64,000 nt of DNA from IMG/VR virus record IMGVR_UViG_3300045988_174698; one strand, given 5' to 3'. Of this stretch, positions 45,574 through 61,100 are shown piece after piece. The notes under the pieces are model-generated. The model saw only the letters and a list, made by a program, of their open reading frames with translations, was not told where the DNA came from and did not search any database. Numbering within the stretch: the stretch's first letter is position 1; each line of letters starts with the position of its first letter. This stretch comes from a virus. A program made the position numbers and the translations under genes.

Positions 45574-47451
45574 ATGAAGATAAAAAGATATCAAACAGGG
45601 GGTATATACTATACCCCCTTTTCTAGAGATTCAATAGCTCAGCAAGAATCTCAAAACACACCAAGTACAACAACAGATAATAAAAAAGAAGAACTTATAC
45701 AGAAGGAAATTATTAATGTACTGAAGGAAAATGGGCTTCCTAATGATGTTGATTATTTTCTGTCTAGAGCTAACACATTTCTAAGAAAGTCTCAAAATTT
45801 AGGATCGCTGTTTGAAGGAAACCAGGAAACATCTTACGATATGTCAGATTTAATTAGAATACAATCTTTGGCTAATAGAATTAAACATAATAACAGTTTA
45901 TATCAACAGGCTAGCAAACAAATTAATGATGAAGGAGCTGGATCAGAAGTAGCTATTACTAATACTGGTGGCATGTATGTTTTTGATAATGATAATGGCG
46001 TTAAAATAGTATCTTTAGATACATATTATGAAAATCCAGATAAATATAGGATATTAACAAACTCGGAGTTAATCCGACTTAGAGAAGAACAACCAGAGTT
46101 AGCTTACAATAGTGATATTCTAACTGACTTATCAAATACTGTTGGCATGGAGTCAATAGTAGATTATGTGAAATCAACTATTGGTGCTTTTGGTACTAAT
46201 AAATCTTCAAATCAATTTGATAGATATACTTCGAAGCAAAAAGATCAAATTGAAAAAGGATTTGAACAGTTGTTGGGTTTTGATTCTCCTGATGGCATAT
46301 ATAAAGTTACAGAATCTACTAATACTTCTGATCAAGGATATAGTGACGATAAAAGCTTAGAAGCTGCTGTTAATTATCTTTATAGAACATTACCTAGAAA
46401 TATGAAAAATGTCTTAAGAGCCAATGCAACAGCTGAAGGTTTAAATCCAAATGACCCCAAAGATGTTCAAAATTTATTAAAAATAGCAGTTATTGAACAT
46501 ACTGATCATACTAGGGAAATTAAACAACAATTAGATTATGATTCTACAGCTAGTAGTGCTAGTGGAAAAGGGTCATCAAGTAAACAGGTTGAAATGACTC
46601 GTGAGGAAATGATTACTACTGGAAACGGAGGCGTTCAATATACTCCTATAACTATTGCACATTCTAAGTCTAAAGGAGGTATAAAAGCTTTAGCACAGCC
46701 TTATGGCAAACCAATAGATACCACTGGTAAGCAAATTGGTATGGGTACACTTAGAGATGTGTTTGCTAAAGAAGATAGACTGGGATCAAGTTTAGCTTTA
46801 AACTCAATAACATTTGGAAATAGATTACTTACAGAAAGTGAATTAGATAAAGTAGTTTATGATGGAGTAAGTAATATTGAAAGAACATACTTACCGATTG
46901 ATCAAAACATATATGTGACAACAGGTAAGAAAACTCCTGATCTAGATGCACAAAATAGGTTTGAAAAATTCCAAGAATGACTTAATGCTGGATATGGAGT
47001 CACTCCAAATAGTATAACTATGAAGTTGAACGAACTAAATCTTGATATTTATAGAGAACCAGAAACAGGAGAATGAGCATTTAGAGAAGCCCATCCTTTT
47101 ATTATTGTCAATGGGTATGTTAGTGATAAAGCTGTTGACATTGATGACTCTGAATGAGTTGATCATGTAAATAGGGACGAGGGGTCTTATATATTTGATT
47201 TATACTCTAAATATATTAATTATGGGTCAGATACTCCTTCGAAAAGTAAACATAGAAATAACTTTGATGGAGGATTATTTGGTATAGGAGACGCATCCTC
47301 AATGTATAAAAGTGCTATATTTATTCCAATAACAGATAGTGCTATTGCAACAGTAGTATCTAATCATCAATTAACAAGTGCTAGTAATTATACAGATATG
47401 TTAAATCGCAGGAGACTACTACAGGAGTCTCAAATACAGACAAATTTCTAA
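45574..47451 (+). CDS. cargo-like protein (~625 aa; 3 TGA=Trp); N-terminus MKIKRYQTGGI
   Basis: Track ORF 45574-46980 continues 157 codons (counted) to TAA 47449-47451. Confidence 0.55.
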
Positions 47452-47453
47452 TT

Positions 47454-50400
47454 ATGATTGAGCAGAAGAAAAATGATTGGTTGGCGACCTTATTCTTTTC
47501 GCCTAATAAAACTCCACAAGACTTAGCTAATTTAGGTATAACAACTGATAATTCCAGCTTATTAGACAAGGAGTATTACAAAAAAGTTCCTCAAATACAA
47601 GAAGCTTTTAAAGACAAGTCTGGTAATTTTGACGATAATAAATTTGATCAGTACTATCAAACAGCTTTAAAGTTATATAATGATGCTGATAATAGTAAAT
47701 TAGTTCAGGATTTACAGGATTTCTATGAATATGATCCTAATGATTACTTTGCTCCTATAGGGGGGAAAGTAACGAATATGAGACCAAAATTAGTTCAATT
47801 TTCTAATCCTGAGAGAAGAAGTAGGGGACTAAGTAATCTTAGAGAATCTTCTGCTCCAACAATGTCTATTAGAGAAGTTGCTCAAACTAATAAGGTATTT
47901 AACTTTGATACCCAGCAATTTGAAGATTGGACTCCTAATGATTGAGGAGGATTATCAGCAGTGACAAGACCTACATTAGTATTAGCTCAATGAGATGAAG
48001 ATGGGGAACATGAGATTAATGGTAGGATTGTTAAGCACAATAAAGGAGACCTAAAATTCAATGAAAGTGGAGATCCTTTTTATGAGACTCTGGGAAATAG
48101 AGATATTGCAAATAAAGATATATTGCATATATCTGACACTTTAACTATCGATGGTAGCAAGTGAGATAAATATAATTTCTTTGATTCAGACGATCTGGAT
48201 AAAAGTGTCGTTGGCACAATGGCTAAAACAGCTTTTAAGGTTGGTATGATGTTTATTCCAGGTGTTGGAAAATATTATGGAGCGATGACTGCTGCTAAGG
48301 AATTAGGAAAATTATTTCCTGTACTTTTTAAAAGTATTGAAGGCATCGCAACTGGAGATATATCAACATCAAGATCAGCTCAGATGGCAACTGATATACA
48401 AGCATGATTTTCTCGGTTCGATAGTAGCGTCTCTGACTATGGAAGACAGAGTTTTTGGAATGTAGAAAATTTAGGTAAATTAATTGAAGATAGCTCTATG
48501 CAATTATTCCAACAAAGAGTTATTGGAAATATTCCAAAGATGTTTATTCCAAAAAATTCTATTCCTAGTGAAAATGCCATTAAATGAGGTAGAGGATTAG
48601 CTTTAGCTTATATGGCTGGAACTTCTTCCACTGAAGCGTATAATGCGTTTAAGGAAGCAGGTGCTTCAGACAGAGTAGCGGGTTTAGGTATGTTATCTAC
48701 TATGGGAGCTATGTATGGTTTGATGAATAATGACTATTTCAAAGACTTTTGGTTTAGAGATACATATTTAGATAAGGCGAAAGTCCGCTCTGTTGTTAAG
48801 GAAGCTGCTGAACAATTATCATCTAAAGAATTTGCATTAGAGACCGCTAAGAAAACATCTACTTCTAAAGGAGCAGCTAAATGGCTTCTAGATATGCAGA
48901 AGAACATAGTAAACCGCATATCTAAGATGAAACCTGGAAATCTAATTCATGATTCTCTAAATGAAGGTGTTGAGGAAACTGTAGAAGAAATAACATCTGA
49001 TGCAATAAAAGCATTATATTCAGGTTTAAATGCACTAGGTATTGCTGATAAAGAAAGGAATTACAACTTTGGAATTACTCCAGAGGATATGATATCTAGA
49101 TATTTTACTTCATTTGTAGGAGGTGGTATTGGTGGCGCTGTATTTAGTTTACATAATAGATTTGATAGGAAAAATAACCCCATACTTAATAGTACACTAA
49201 CTCAAAATGATGATTCTCTAAAAGAGATAATTTATCTTTTAAGAGATGGTAAGGAGAACCAATTAAGAATGGAGTTAGATAGATTACATAAAGCTGGTAA
49301 GTTAGGTAGTACAAATCTTTCAGGCACTGAGTTAGAGTTTGTCAAAGATGGTAATATTACAAAAGCTCAGTATAAAAGTACCAGTTCTGGTGATTCACAA
49401 AATGATCTTTTATATCAACAAATAGGATTTTATATTGATAGAATTAATGAAGTTCTTAAAGAGGAAGGGTTAGATTTAAGTGATGCTGAGTTACAATATA
49501 TTACCCAACAAGCTGATATAGCAGGCAAGTCTATTGAAGAGACTAGGCAAGGGTATCTAAATCTTAAGAAGTTAAGCAAACAACAAACAATAGAGGATAA
49601 GATTATCTCATCTGGTTTGTATAGTCAAATTTTTGAAGATTGGAATAATTTAACTTCTGAAATAATCAAAACCAAAGTAGAACTAGAAAACTTGTTGACT
49701 CCAGCAGATAATGAACCAAAAACTCCAAAAGATATTGAAGCTCGTATTGAGGCTATGAGAAATAATAGTGAATATCAACGTCTTAGACTTAAGATAGACA
49801 CTCTTAGAGCTCAACGAGATGAAATACTTACTGGAAAGAAAAATGATTTCTATACAGGGCAGTTATTATTTGCTGCAAGTCCTCAATTAGTAGACAATTT
49901 TGTATCAGGATTTGGTATACATAATTATACTCGTTGGAAGTATAAGAAAGAATATGATAGTCTTCAGCAAGATGAAAAAGATAAAATTGATGCTGAATAT
50001 CAAGCATATAGTTCTTTAGAAGAAAAACAAAAAGTACTAACTGCTTATAATATTTTCTCTGAGATGCAGGAAAGTATGATTAATACTATGAAATCAGTAG
50101 GAGAAAAGATTAAAGATAGTAGTAAAATATACCTACCAGGAGCTACAGACTACAATGTTATATATGATCAAATTTCTAATAGACTAAAAGAGAGTAGAAC
50201 TGCTCTAGATAAGGCTATTGAAAATCTTCCAGAAGGAATATCATCTAATGAGGAAATAGATAATTTAAAATTAGATATTTCTAGGTTAGAGAACCACTTA
50301 AATCAAATTAAAAGCCTTAAATTTGAAGTCTTAAATCCAGCATTAAGCGAAGAAGGACGTAATATTCTTTATAGACCTGTAAGAATAGCAGATACAAGCT

Positions 50401-53400
50401 TAGCGTTTGATAACTACACTGATTCATATCTTGGCTATTTAGAATATATTAAGAATAATAATCTATATCTTGACTTAGTTGACTCAGATTTATCTAGTAT
50501 ATTATATAATTGAATTCAAATTAATAATTTAGAGAGTAATAATCAAGCTAATTGAATTAATAGAATTCAGTCTATTCTTGACAGTCAAGGAATTGACTTA
50601 GAAGGAATGGATGATGATATAGCAAACTTATCTAGTGAGTTGATTAAGATAGTTGATTATATTAAAAAGAATAATATTTCAGGAGCATTAGATCACTACA
50701 ATTATATTCTTAGAAGCGATCTGTCTGATACATTTAGTAATATATATCAGCTTGATTTAAAGAGTATACTACCAATTTTATTACCTTCTTTTGGAAGTAG
50801 ATCGTTCTATGATTATTTAGGAGAGGTACTAAATATCAAATCACAAATTGATACTAATCCTATATATGAATTAATTGAAGCGGCTTCAAATGTCGCTGGG
50901 TTAGATAATCAAGAGGTAACTAAATTAATTAGAGAGGAACAATTTAACTTTATTAACTCCAAGAAAGTAGAAGACTTTATTATCAGAGATAGACATTCTC
51001 TTGATAAATTAAAAGAAACAGTTAAATTAATTGATGCTATCTCAGCAATACTTGATGCTTCAGTAGATGGGGGCTTTAATAGCAAAATTAATGAATTTAG
51101 AGAATCATTAGAAAAAGAACTGTTACCTATAATAAGTGTTCAAGGGCAAATTAATATTATTTCTGATCTAGCACGAGTTAAGAATCAGTTAATAACCTTA
51201 ATAGATATTTCTGAAAGAAATCAATCTCAGAAACTTAGAGAGCAGAGAGATATAGCTATAAATATGAAGTCTAAATTTATTAGCTTGCTAACTGATGATA
51301 CTTCTATTCTTAAGGATAGGTTTATTAAGATATTCGGTATTGATTTAAAACAATTATCCTCAGATATTGAAATACCTTCTAGTGGAGAAGATATAGACTT
51401 TCCTCAATTAGAGCAAGCTTCTATAGCATTAGAAACTCGTATTTTTGAAGCAGTTAAAGATCTAAATCTTTCTGCTGATGAAGTAGCCGACAAAATAGTT
51501 TCGTTATTTGATAGTAATGAACTAGTAAAGTCAGCTCCAACTACTCTTAGTAAAAATCCTAGCACTGAGATTACTGTATATGATCAAATGGTTTATATTT
51601 CCACAATACTATCAACTCCTTCTCAAAATTTTTATAAAAAATTAAAAGAAGTAATTAGTAGCGAGGAATTTAGAAACGCTCCAATATTTTCTCAAGAATA
51701 CGCAGTAAGAGTAGCTTATTCTCAAATACTAAATAAGGATTTATTTAATAGTATTATAATTAAATTAAAAGATATTTTCCAGGATAATCCTGATACATAT
51801 ATTAAAACTAAAAGTCCTTTATTTAATTTTACAGTAGTATTTGGAGGAGCTGGAGTTGGTAAGACTAAAGGTGTTGCATTCTTATTAAAGAAGATGTTTG
51901 AAGATGCAAATTATATAACCTCAGCTCCAACGAGAAAGCAAACGGATAGACTTACAGATAGTGTTGAAAGTGATGGAAATTCATTTACTAAGAATGAACT
52001 TATAGAAAAAATACTGGGACGACAAATAAAGGATTCTGATATTTCATACATTAAGGATGGTGATAATAATATTAGTATTACTAGTAATGTTAATATAGAA
52101 GTTCTTAAAACTAATCTATTTGGTGATTCTAAGAATAAGATCTTATTTATAGATGAGATTAGTTGATATGATAGAATAGAGCTAGAGTTGATTAGTAAAT
52201 GAGCTAATACTAATAATGTATCAGTAATAGCATTTGGAGATTATAAACAGAATGCAGTTCAAACAGTATTTGGAAAGGAAGTTATTGATAGTGGAATTGA
52301 GGATACTATTAATATTAAAACTCCTGATCTTATTGCTCCACTACGACCTGATAATATAGCTAAATATGATAATTATATATCCTTGTCTCAGAGATTAGAC
52401 GAGATATATAAGCAATATTATAATAACCCTGCTATAGAGCCAAAATATCTTAGTGAATTTGCTGAAAAGTATTTACAATCTAATCCTATTGAGTTTAAAT
52501 ATTTTGAAGATAGTTTTATATTTGGAGGAGAAAAAATTATTAAAGAAGATGAAGTATTTTCACATATAGAAAAGTTAAAACAGTATTCTTCAGATATTGC
52601 AATAATTACGGACAATCCTAAGAAATATAACACTACCAAAGGAGTTAAAATTGTTCCTTTAAATAGTGTCCAGGGTGATGAATTTGATTATATTATTATT
52701 GATAAAAACTTTGGATTAACAAATGAAGGTAAAAGTCGAGGAGAATTCTATAAATTAAAAGATTTATATACTCTAACTCAACGATCAAGAAAAGGATCAA
52801 TTATTGTATCTAGAGGACTAGGAAATACAATATCTTCTAAACAAGATTCGACATCATCTGGAAACATTGAAATGCCAGAATCTCAAATTCAAGATTTTAA
52901 AGAATGAAGAATAAATGCTATTCCAGATATTACTGAATCAATAGAGTTTGAAGAATATCAATCTCAACAGCCTAATAATGAACAAGCTAACGCTCCTGTA
53001 GAGCCTGCTAATAATTCAGTAGCTACAGAAAATAGCACTCCTACTACAAGCCCAATAGAAAGAGATACTGAAGTTGAGTTTACCAATCCTATAAAGCCAG
53101 AGGTACACCAAGTATCTATGGCTCCTGAGCATACAGAACCTGTAAATAACTTACAAAATACTGTTACTTCAGATATCGAGACTAGTAAACCTATAACTAG
53201 ACCAGCTAAACCAGTAGTAGGAGCTAATGAATATGTAAGTACAGCGGAGAGTTGGATTGATTTTATTAATAATGATCTAATTAAATTTTATCAAACTACT
53301 GATAATAATTTGAAGAATATTATTAATACTACTCCTGAAATTACAGTACAAATTTCAAATTTAGTAAGAGCTTTCTTTGTTAATAATAGACATAAAGATA

Positions 53401-55142
53401 ATAAAGAAATATTTGAAGCATCTCTTAAAATATTGTCTAGAGAAATTCAATCGTTTATTCCTGGATCATTAGGTCGTAAGTATTCTAATGAGATTCTAAA
53501 TCTATTAAAAACTACTCCTAAATTTTATATTATACCATATAATAATAGGGGACTATTAGTAGTAAGATTAACATTAGATTCTAAAACTGTTGATTTCCCA
53601 TTGTTAGTTACAGATCCAGTTATTGGAGAGTACTTTGGGGATATTTTAGCAGTATCGCCTCTTCGTAAGGAAAGTGCTATAGATTCAAATACTTCAGTTA
53701 ATTTATCAAATTTTAGACAATCAGCTATTAATCCAAAAGGATACTTTAGAGCATTTAATAAACCTGTTGTATTATCAGTAAATTCTGCGGAGAGAACTAA
53801 ATATAGTGGCGATCAACAAGAATGATTAAATCAAAGAAATAATGGTAATACATTTATGGTTGTGTCAAGTGACCCTTATGTAACTGATGATGATTTTAAA
53901 GAATTCTTAGCAGCCACTACTAATGGTTCTATTAAAACATATAGTACTCAACATGATTACAGATTTGCTCTAATTGGGATGAACTGATTAGTGTCTATAG
54001 ATGATATCATCAAGCAGTCTAATAATAGGAAAAATTATGATATTATTCCAGGATATAGAAGCTCAGTGATTGCTAAGTATGTATATAAAGTAGCTCCAGA
54101 TAGAGTTAGAGAGGCTATTAGAATACATTTAAATACCTCTAAATATCCTAACCAGCGTATTAGAATAAATGGTATAGTGTATAAAGATGCAGAATTAGCT
54201 ATCCAAAATATATCTAATGATTCTAATATAGAGTTTGGTTATGAAATTAATGGAGACTTTAAATATCAGTCTGGAGTAGCTACTATGAATACTATTTTGT
54301 ATAAGATAGTAAATAGAGAATCAGTAATTTCAATTAATGATGGTCAAATTGAACAATTAAAACAGTTATGTTTAGAGGCTCCTGAATTTAAAATGGGTAT
54401 TTATGGAAGAGATGTTATTGATACTCAAGTTAATCCTGCTGGAGATTATTGGTATGCTATTCAAGGTCATGATTATAATACTAATATACCCATGATTATT
54501 GGTAATGACTATAGTATTGATTTGTCAGCAGTTAATAACGAACAAGCAGCAGAAGATAAAAAAGTAGTAGAATCTGTTAACGAACAATTACAAGAGTTAA
54601 AACTTAATGAAGTTATTGTCACTAAAGATAACATAGATACAGCTATTGAATCTATTAATTCTGAAATAGCTTCTAAAGTTCAATCTACAGAATTTGATGT
54701 AGTTAAAGTTGAAGGAAAAGCAATTACAACAGAATCAGTATTTGATCCTAAAGTAATGATATCTAATCAACTAAATACTCCAAAAGAAACTATTCATTTT
54801 TATAGAGATAAGATTTCTGACTTTGAACCATTTTTTGTATCTTTGCAAGACAAGAATTATACATACGTTCTTGAAAAGAAAAATAATGTGTGAAATATTA
54901 GAACATTTAATATAGCAGATGCGTATATTAAATTTAGAGATGCTATGAATAGTATGAGTGATATTATTGTAGCTAATCCTAATTTAAGTAAGTATATAAC
55001 TGCTTTAATATTAAATCAGGAAGTAGATAAATTAACTGCAGAATCTTATTGAAATGAAATTAATAGTAACACTGCATTAATAGGGCTGCAGCAAGAAGTT
55101 GAAGAATATTTAATTAATAAATTAAAGAACAATGAGTGTTAA
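47454..55142 (+). CDS. colossal protein (~2562 aa; ~9 TGA=Trp) containing a RecD/Pif1-like SF1 helicase core
   Basis: Track ORFs 47454, 48219, 48612, 50607, 52383, 53118 and 53991 are all in frame 0. I read every gap and found it in frame with no TAA/TAG, ending at TAA 55140-55142 (counted). The helicase motifs are Walker A VVFGGAGVGKTKG (~51840), Walker B ILFIDEIS, motif III VIAFGDYKQN, and motif V/VI NSVQGDEFDYIIIDKN. Confidence 0.6.
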
Positions 55143-58100
55143 GTGTGGATACACAATTAAGTATTATCCTCTATTAAGCAGAGTCTTTAATACAAGTACA
55201 GATGAAGAATTTAAATCGTTTTTAGAGGAATATTTTATAGATCCAGATAGTGTATATAGAATGTTCTTGGGTGGGATTTCAACAAATCCTACCCAGACAT
55301 CTATATTTGAACCTAAGAAAATTAGTAGTAGAACTGGATGAGAAGTAAAAACTGATAGTAAATCAGCACAACAGTTTTATATTGGACAGTCTGTTCAATA
55401 TAATAAGATGACAAGTGACTTTGTTAAGAGAATTATATCTTTATCAGTATTTGATCTAGCAAGTGAGCAGTTTATAGATGCTAATAGAAAAGTTGGAGAT
55501 CTAACAGTATTAAATAGAGGTATTTTTGAATACAAAAAGGAGTTGCTATGATATGTATTATCATATTTAGGAAAACCTTCTCCTAATTTGGATAGTATGA
55601 CTGACGTAGATATTGAATCTACTATAGAAAGTACACTATCTGAATTTAGTAGTTATATAAATAATTCTCCTAATCTTGATAATAAATATTATCAAGCTTA
55701 TAATTCATATGTAACTCTTAGAACATTTGACGATCTATTAAAGCAATTAACACCATTTGTCTCTATTAATCCAGAATATAGTAAGTCTTCAATATATTCT
55801 AGAAATAGATATATTTATAATGGTCCTAATGTTACTCACTATACAGGATTTAGTACTAATGAATTTATGTCTCAAGAAGAAAGTGTTAGTGACCTTGCTA
55901 AGATACTCTTAAATTATCTTCCAGAAGTTAATATAAATGGAGATATTATTGATGGGACCTCTATTTCGTTATCTGGGTTTAATTCTGTAATGGGGAAGAT
56001 GAAATTATGAGCTGAAGAAAGTTCTAATCCAGAAGTAAAAGAAGAGCTTAAGAAAGGAACTAAAATGGATGTTAGTAAGCTCATATCTTTATATGAACAA
56101 GAACTATCTAACAGAAAAGTTTCTAATCCTGAGCATATAACTTATTTAAGATCAAAGTTATCAGCTATAAAAAGATTTATATATGACTCTAAAATGCATG
56201 AGGATATTAAAGACATGTTTACACATCTAATGGAAAAAACTGTTCTCTCAAGTTATGTTAGTTATGAGCAGAAAGATGGTAAAAGCATGGAAGTTAGAAA
56301 TCTAACACAACGTCCTATTAAAATGCAAAGAGAAGCAATAGTAGAAACAGTAAAGGCTATTACTCAATATTGAAAGCAAAATAGATCTAGATTTAATGAG
56401 TTACTTAGGAAGTATAATGTTAGAGGTATAGGTTCTGTTATATCTATTGGAGATAGTAGAATTACATTAGAGGGAAATGGAAAAATATCTATTACTGGTC
56501 CTATAAGTAATTTTAATGAAATAGTTGGGGACTTTGTTAATTTATTAATATCAGATGATTTTGATCAGGTAGCTAGTCAAGTATTTCCAAATAGTAACTA
56601 TACTAAGTATGAGTTATATGCTCCTGTATTAGGAACTGTAATTTTTGATGTTATCAACAACAGTAATACTAATCTCAATTTTGGACAGAGTAATGATTTA
56701 GGTAGAGTACTCAGTGTTATTAATGGATCAGATACAGTTAATGTCATTAAAAATGCAGAAGGTAATAACTTACCATTATATCAGATGATTTGTTTAAGTT
56801 ATCAACATAATGGTGTTTTTAATGAAATTAGTAAACAGATTGATGATAAAGATCTATATATGTCACAGTATCATGACAATGCTGTATATAAAAATATACA
56901 ACATGTCAAAAGTCCTAAAATTCGATCAGAAGTAACTATTAATGGAGTTACAAAGCAATCTTCTGCTCTTACAGCAAATGACGTTATGCACTTATCTATT
57001 GTATATGACTTTTATCAAGGCCTAACTATGGATCAATCTCATACTGAAGGATCTAGGTCTAAATCAGGAATTGTTGGTATTCAAAGTCATGTATATTCTG
57101 ATAAGAATAAACACTTTGTAATGCAGTTTGATTTAAATCAAACATGAGATTTTGGCAACGGTAATTCATTTAATATCAAATCTGTCCTAGATCAGTACTT
57201 TAAATCTGGAAATGAAATTGATTTAGAACCTATAAAGAAAGCTTGGTTTGAAAGTAATAAATCTCAGATAGAGAGTGTGATAGAAACTATTCTATCAGAT
57301 TATAGACAAGTATATCCAAATAAAGAATTTAATTCTATACATGATATTAAGGTATTCTTAGCTAAGAATAAAATAAATAAGGTTAGGGAAGATTTTGCTA
57401 GAGCTAATGTTGAATTTATTGATGAAATACATGCATCTAAAACTAAAGCAGGATGAGTGTTTAATGAAACTTTAGAAAATTTTGCTAATATATTTAGTAA
57501 TAGAGATAAGTTTAATGAGTTTTACAAAAGTCAGTTTACTAAATTTTTAGAGGATAGTTCTGGAGCTTGGTCCACTATTTCAGTAGATCAAAATATTGTT
57601 AACTCTTTTAAACAGAATAATCCTAAATTTGTAAAGGATGGTAAACTTCTCAAAGAAGTTAATGGGGTTATTAATCCTTTATTAGGTGCTTATTTTATTA
57701 CCGATTCATTTCTATCAAATGAATATAATAAAATGATGGTCGGAGATGTCTATGCTCACCCTAATAAAGAAAAAGAAAGTCCTACCACAAATGGATATCT
57801 AGATCATAGTCTAGCTTCTAGATGAATATCTCAGGTAAAACGTATGGTTATTTATGGAGCTACATATCATTCTCTCGCACAAGGTTTAAAAAATGGAGTG
57901 CCAGAAAGAGTTAAAATGGCTGTTATGTCTGATATGGGATCAAATGTAAGTAACATATCTGGAATGTCTAGTACTGTAGATTCTATGGATGGTTCAGGTT
58001 ATACTAGTCCATTTATGTCTAGATGAGAGAATGTATCTCTTATAGACGCTGCAGTAGGAGCTAACAAGAAAACTATCTTTCATGATGTTGATGCTAAACA

Positions 58101-61100
58101 CGGACTACCGAAATTACTTAAATGGGCTGAATATGAGATAACTAATGCTATCAGAAGAAATAGTTCTGATACTAGTATGGAAAACATCTTCAAGAAAATG
58201 CACAGTTTGGAATTGCCTTTAGATGTTACCATAGATTATGACAAGCAATTTGATGATCTATTCTTTAGGGATAATGTCAGTGGAAAATATTATAAAATAT
58301 TACATATTAATATCTCAAATAATGTAGCTCATAGAGAATTAGTTGAAGTTACTAAAGAAGGTGTTCCTATTAATCCTGATAATATTATTACTAATGATAA
58401 GCTAATTAAAAGTATATATGATATAGATCAAACATTTGGTGGTGCATGAGCTATGAAAATAGATAATCGTACCAATAATCTTCAGTATTCAGAACATAAT
58501 CTAGATTATACTAATCAAATTATTTGTGATTATGATCTTAAAGATTCTATGATTAGTTGGTTGGTAAATAAGTCAGCTATTAAAGTTGGAGCTTCAAATA
58601 TTAATGATGTAACTTCTTGAAATGATGGTACTCCATTATTATTTACTACAATGTCTACTAAGTTTGGAGGTGTTCAAATGAATGCTGATCATGAACTTGA
58701 TGAAGCAGAGGTAACTGAAATGACTCAAATGATTAGTGGTCTTGAACAAAACGGATATACTCATCATTTAGCAACACGAGTTTATGAAGAAATTGGTAAA
58801 TTCTGTTATGATGCTATTAGTAAAATTCAGGATATTATTTATAATGGAAATAAGGATGATCTTTACAAAATATTTGGAAAAGCTGTTATTAACGCATTTG
58901 CTGGCGGTAGTAAGGATACTCTAGGTTTAGCTCAGTCCTTTGTAAAACTTGCTCAGGAAGGACTAGAAAATAATAATTTAGAATATAGAATACCTTTTAG
59001 TTCTTCATCTATCAATGGCATTTTTAACTCTACAGTCACATCCTCTCTAGTAAGAGATGCGATTAGGCGTCACTACAATGGTGTTGCGGCAGTATTAAAT
59101 CCCTCATATAATGTAGTTCAATATCATACAATTAATGGTAACAATTATCGATATGAAGAATTAATAGATTTAATTGCAGAAGCTACAAGAGGTACAACTT
59201 ATGAGGGAATGACCGTAGATGATGCTGTAAATAAAGTTTTTGTTGTTGATACAAATGGAAATGTGGTTGTAAATCCATTTATTGATGATATTACTCCAGA
59301 TAACCCAGTAGATTTTGAGGATACTATTATCGTATGAGGAGAAAATAATCAAGTAGTAAAAATAGATAAAATAGATAGTTACAATAAATATATATACTAT
59401 CGATTATATGAGCCTGGGCGTATTAGTAGGTGGACAACTAAAGCTAAAAATCTTAAAGGATCAGATACTACTTTTGTAGCTAATGGACGTAAATATAGTA
59501 TGTTTGAAAGTCCTTATACTCAGGTGCTTCATTATTTTATTGAAAGTGATAGTAGTGCTACTAATATAGAGACCCTTAGAGATGAGCTACGTAGTGAAGT
59601 AATAAAATCAATACCTAATGAAAGAGCTGATGAAAATGTTATAGAGAATATAGTAAATAGCAGATTACAACTTATAGTAAATGAAATTACTCCATTTATG
59701 CCAAAAGGATTTACAGAAAAAACTTCATTTACAAAATATATTCCTAATATTAAAAAAGCTTTAATCAAAAAGCAGCAATCTGTTCTTAATAATTTAGCTG
59801 ATGGTAAGCCTATTGATTGAGGAGGATTAATGTTAAATGCTACAGAGTATAAAGTTATCCCAGCACAGATTATTATGGGTAAGCTTTATGCTAAAGAGTT
59901 AGGATTGCTTCCTGGTGATTCTATTGCTAAAATTAAGGAACAAGGTCCAGAGTTCTTTATAAATAGAATTGATGGCTACTACAATTTCTATGATAATGCA
60001 GATGAGTTAACTTATGACTGAACTTTATTTGATGGTGCAGGAAATAAGTTATATGTTAAACTTAGAAATCCTAAGATTAATGAACTGTTTACTAATTCAT
60101 CTTTAGATTCTGATTATAAGATTATTGATGGTTCAGTATACTTTAATGGTAATGAAATCTGCTCTTCTGAAGGAAAACAATTCTTAAAATATACTGATTC
60201 TGATAATGTTCAACATAATGTAGTTATTATTGATTCAATAGATAGACTCAAAGAGTTAGAAAATTCTAAGATGTTTACCTATACTCATAGAAATTATAGA
60301 ATTGATAACTATGTTGACTTAGTAAAAGAAGAGTTTGGAGAAGGAACATCTATTCAATTAACTTACCGACCAACTGGAAGTAGAAAATATACTACTAGTA
60401 ATATTGCTGAATTTAATGATAAACTTGAAATAATTCGAGCATTAGCTGAAAATCAAGATTATAATTGAACTAAACAAATTAGAAAATTAGCAGAAAATAA
60501 GTATAAATCTTTTGAAAAGAGTTTATATTTTGTTGGTACACGTATTCCTTGTCAGTCTATGCAATCGTTTGCTCCTATGGAAATTATTACATTTACTGAT
60601 AGTGAAGTAAATGAGGTATACGTTCCGACACAAATTTTCTACTTGGAAGGATCTGACTTGGATAAACTTTCTATGTTCAAGTAAAACTCTTTTAATTGCT
60701 GGAAACCCCTAACGTAAAGACGAGGGCAATCAGCAGCCAAGCCGTAACAAAACGGAAGGTTCAACGACTAATATTAATAACTTAATAATTCGACTTTAAT
60801 AGTATGAAACAGTTAAAAACACATTTAAATAAAATAGGAAGAAATTTAATAATTGCTATGTCTATAGGGGATGGGCATATAGCTAAAAAAGGATATTTAG
60901 ATATAAATCATTGTGAAGCTCAGAAAGAGTATTGTTTATGAAAATGGCAACTTTTAAAAGATAATGGAGTTAAAGTTGGCACGTTTAGAGAATGAAAACA
61001 AATAAATGGATATTCTAAAGGTAAAGAAGTAACTAAATATGGATTTCAAACAACAGTACTTGATTTTTGTAAAGTACTTAGACGAGTTGAATATGAGTAC

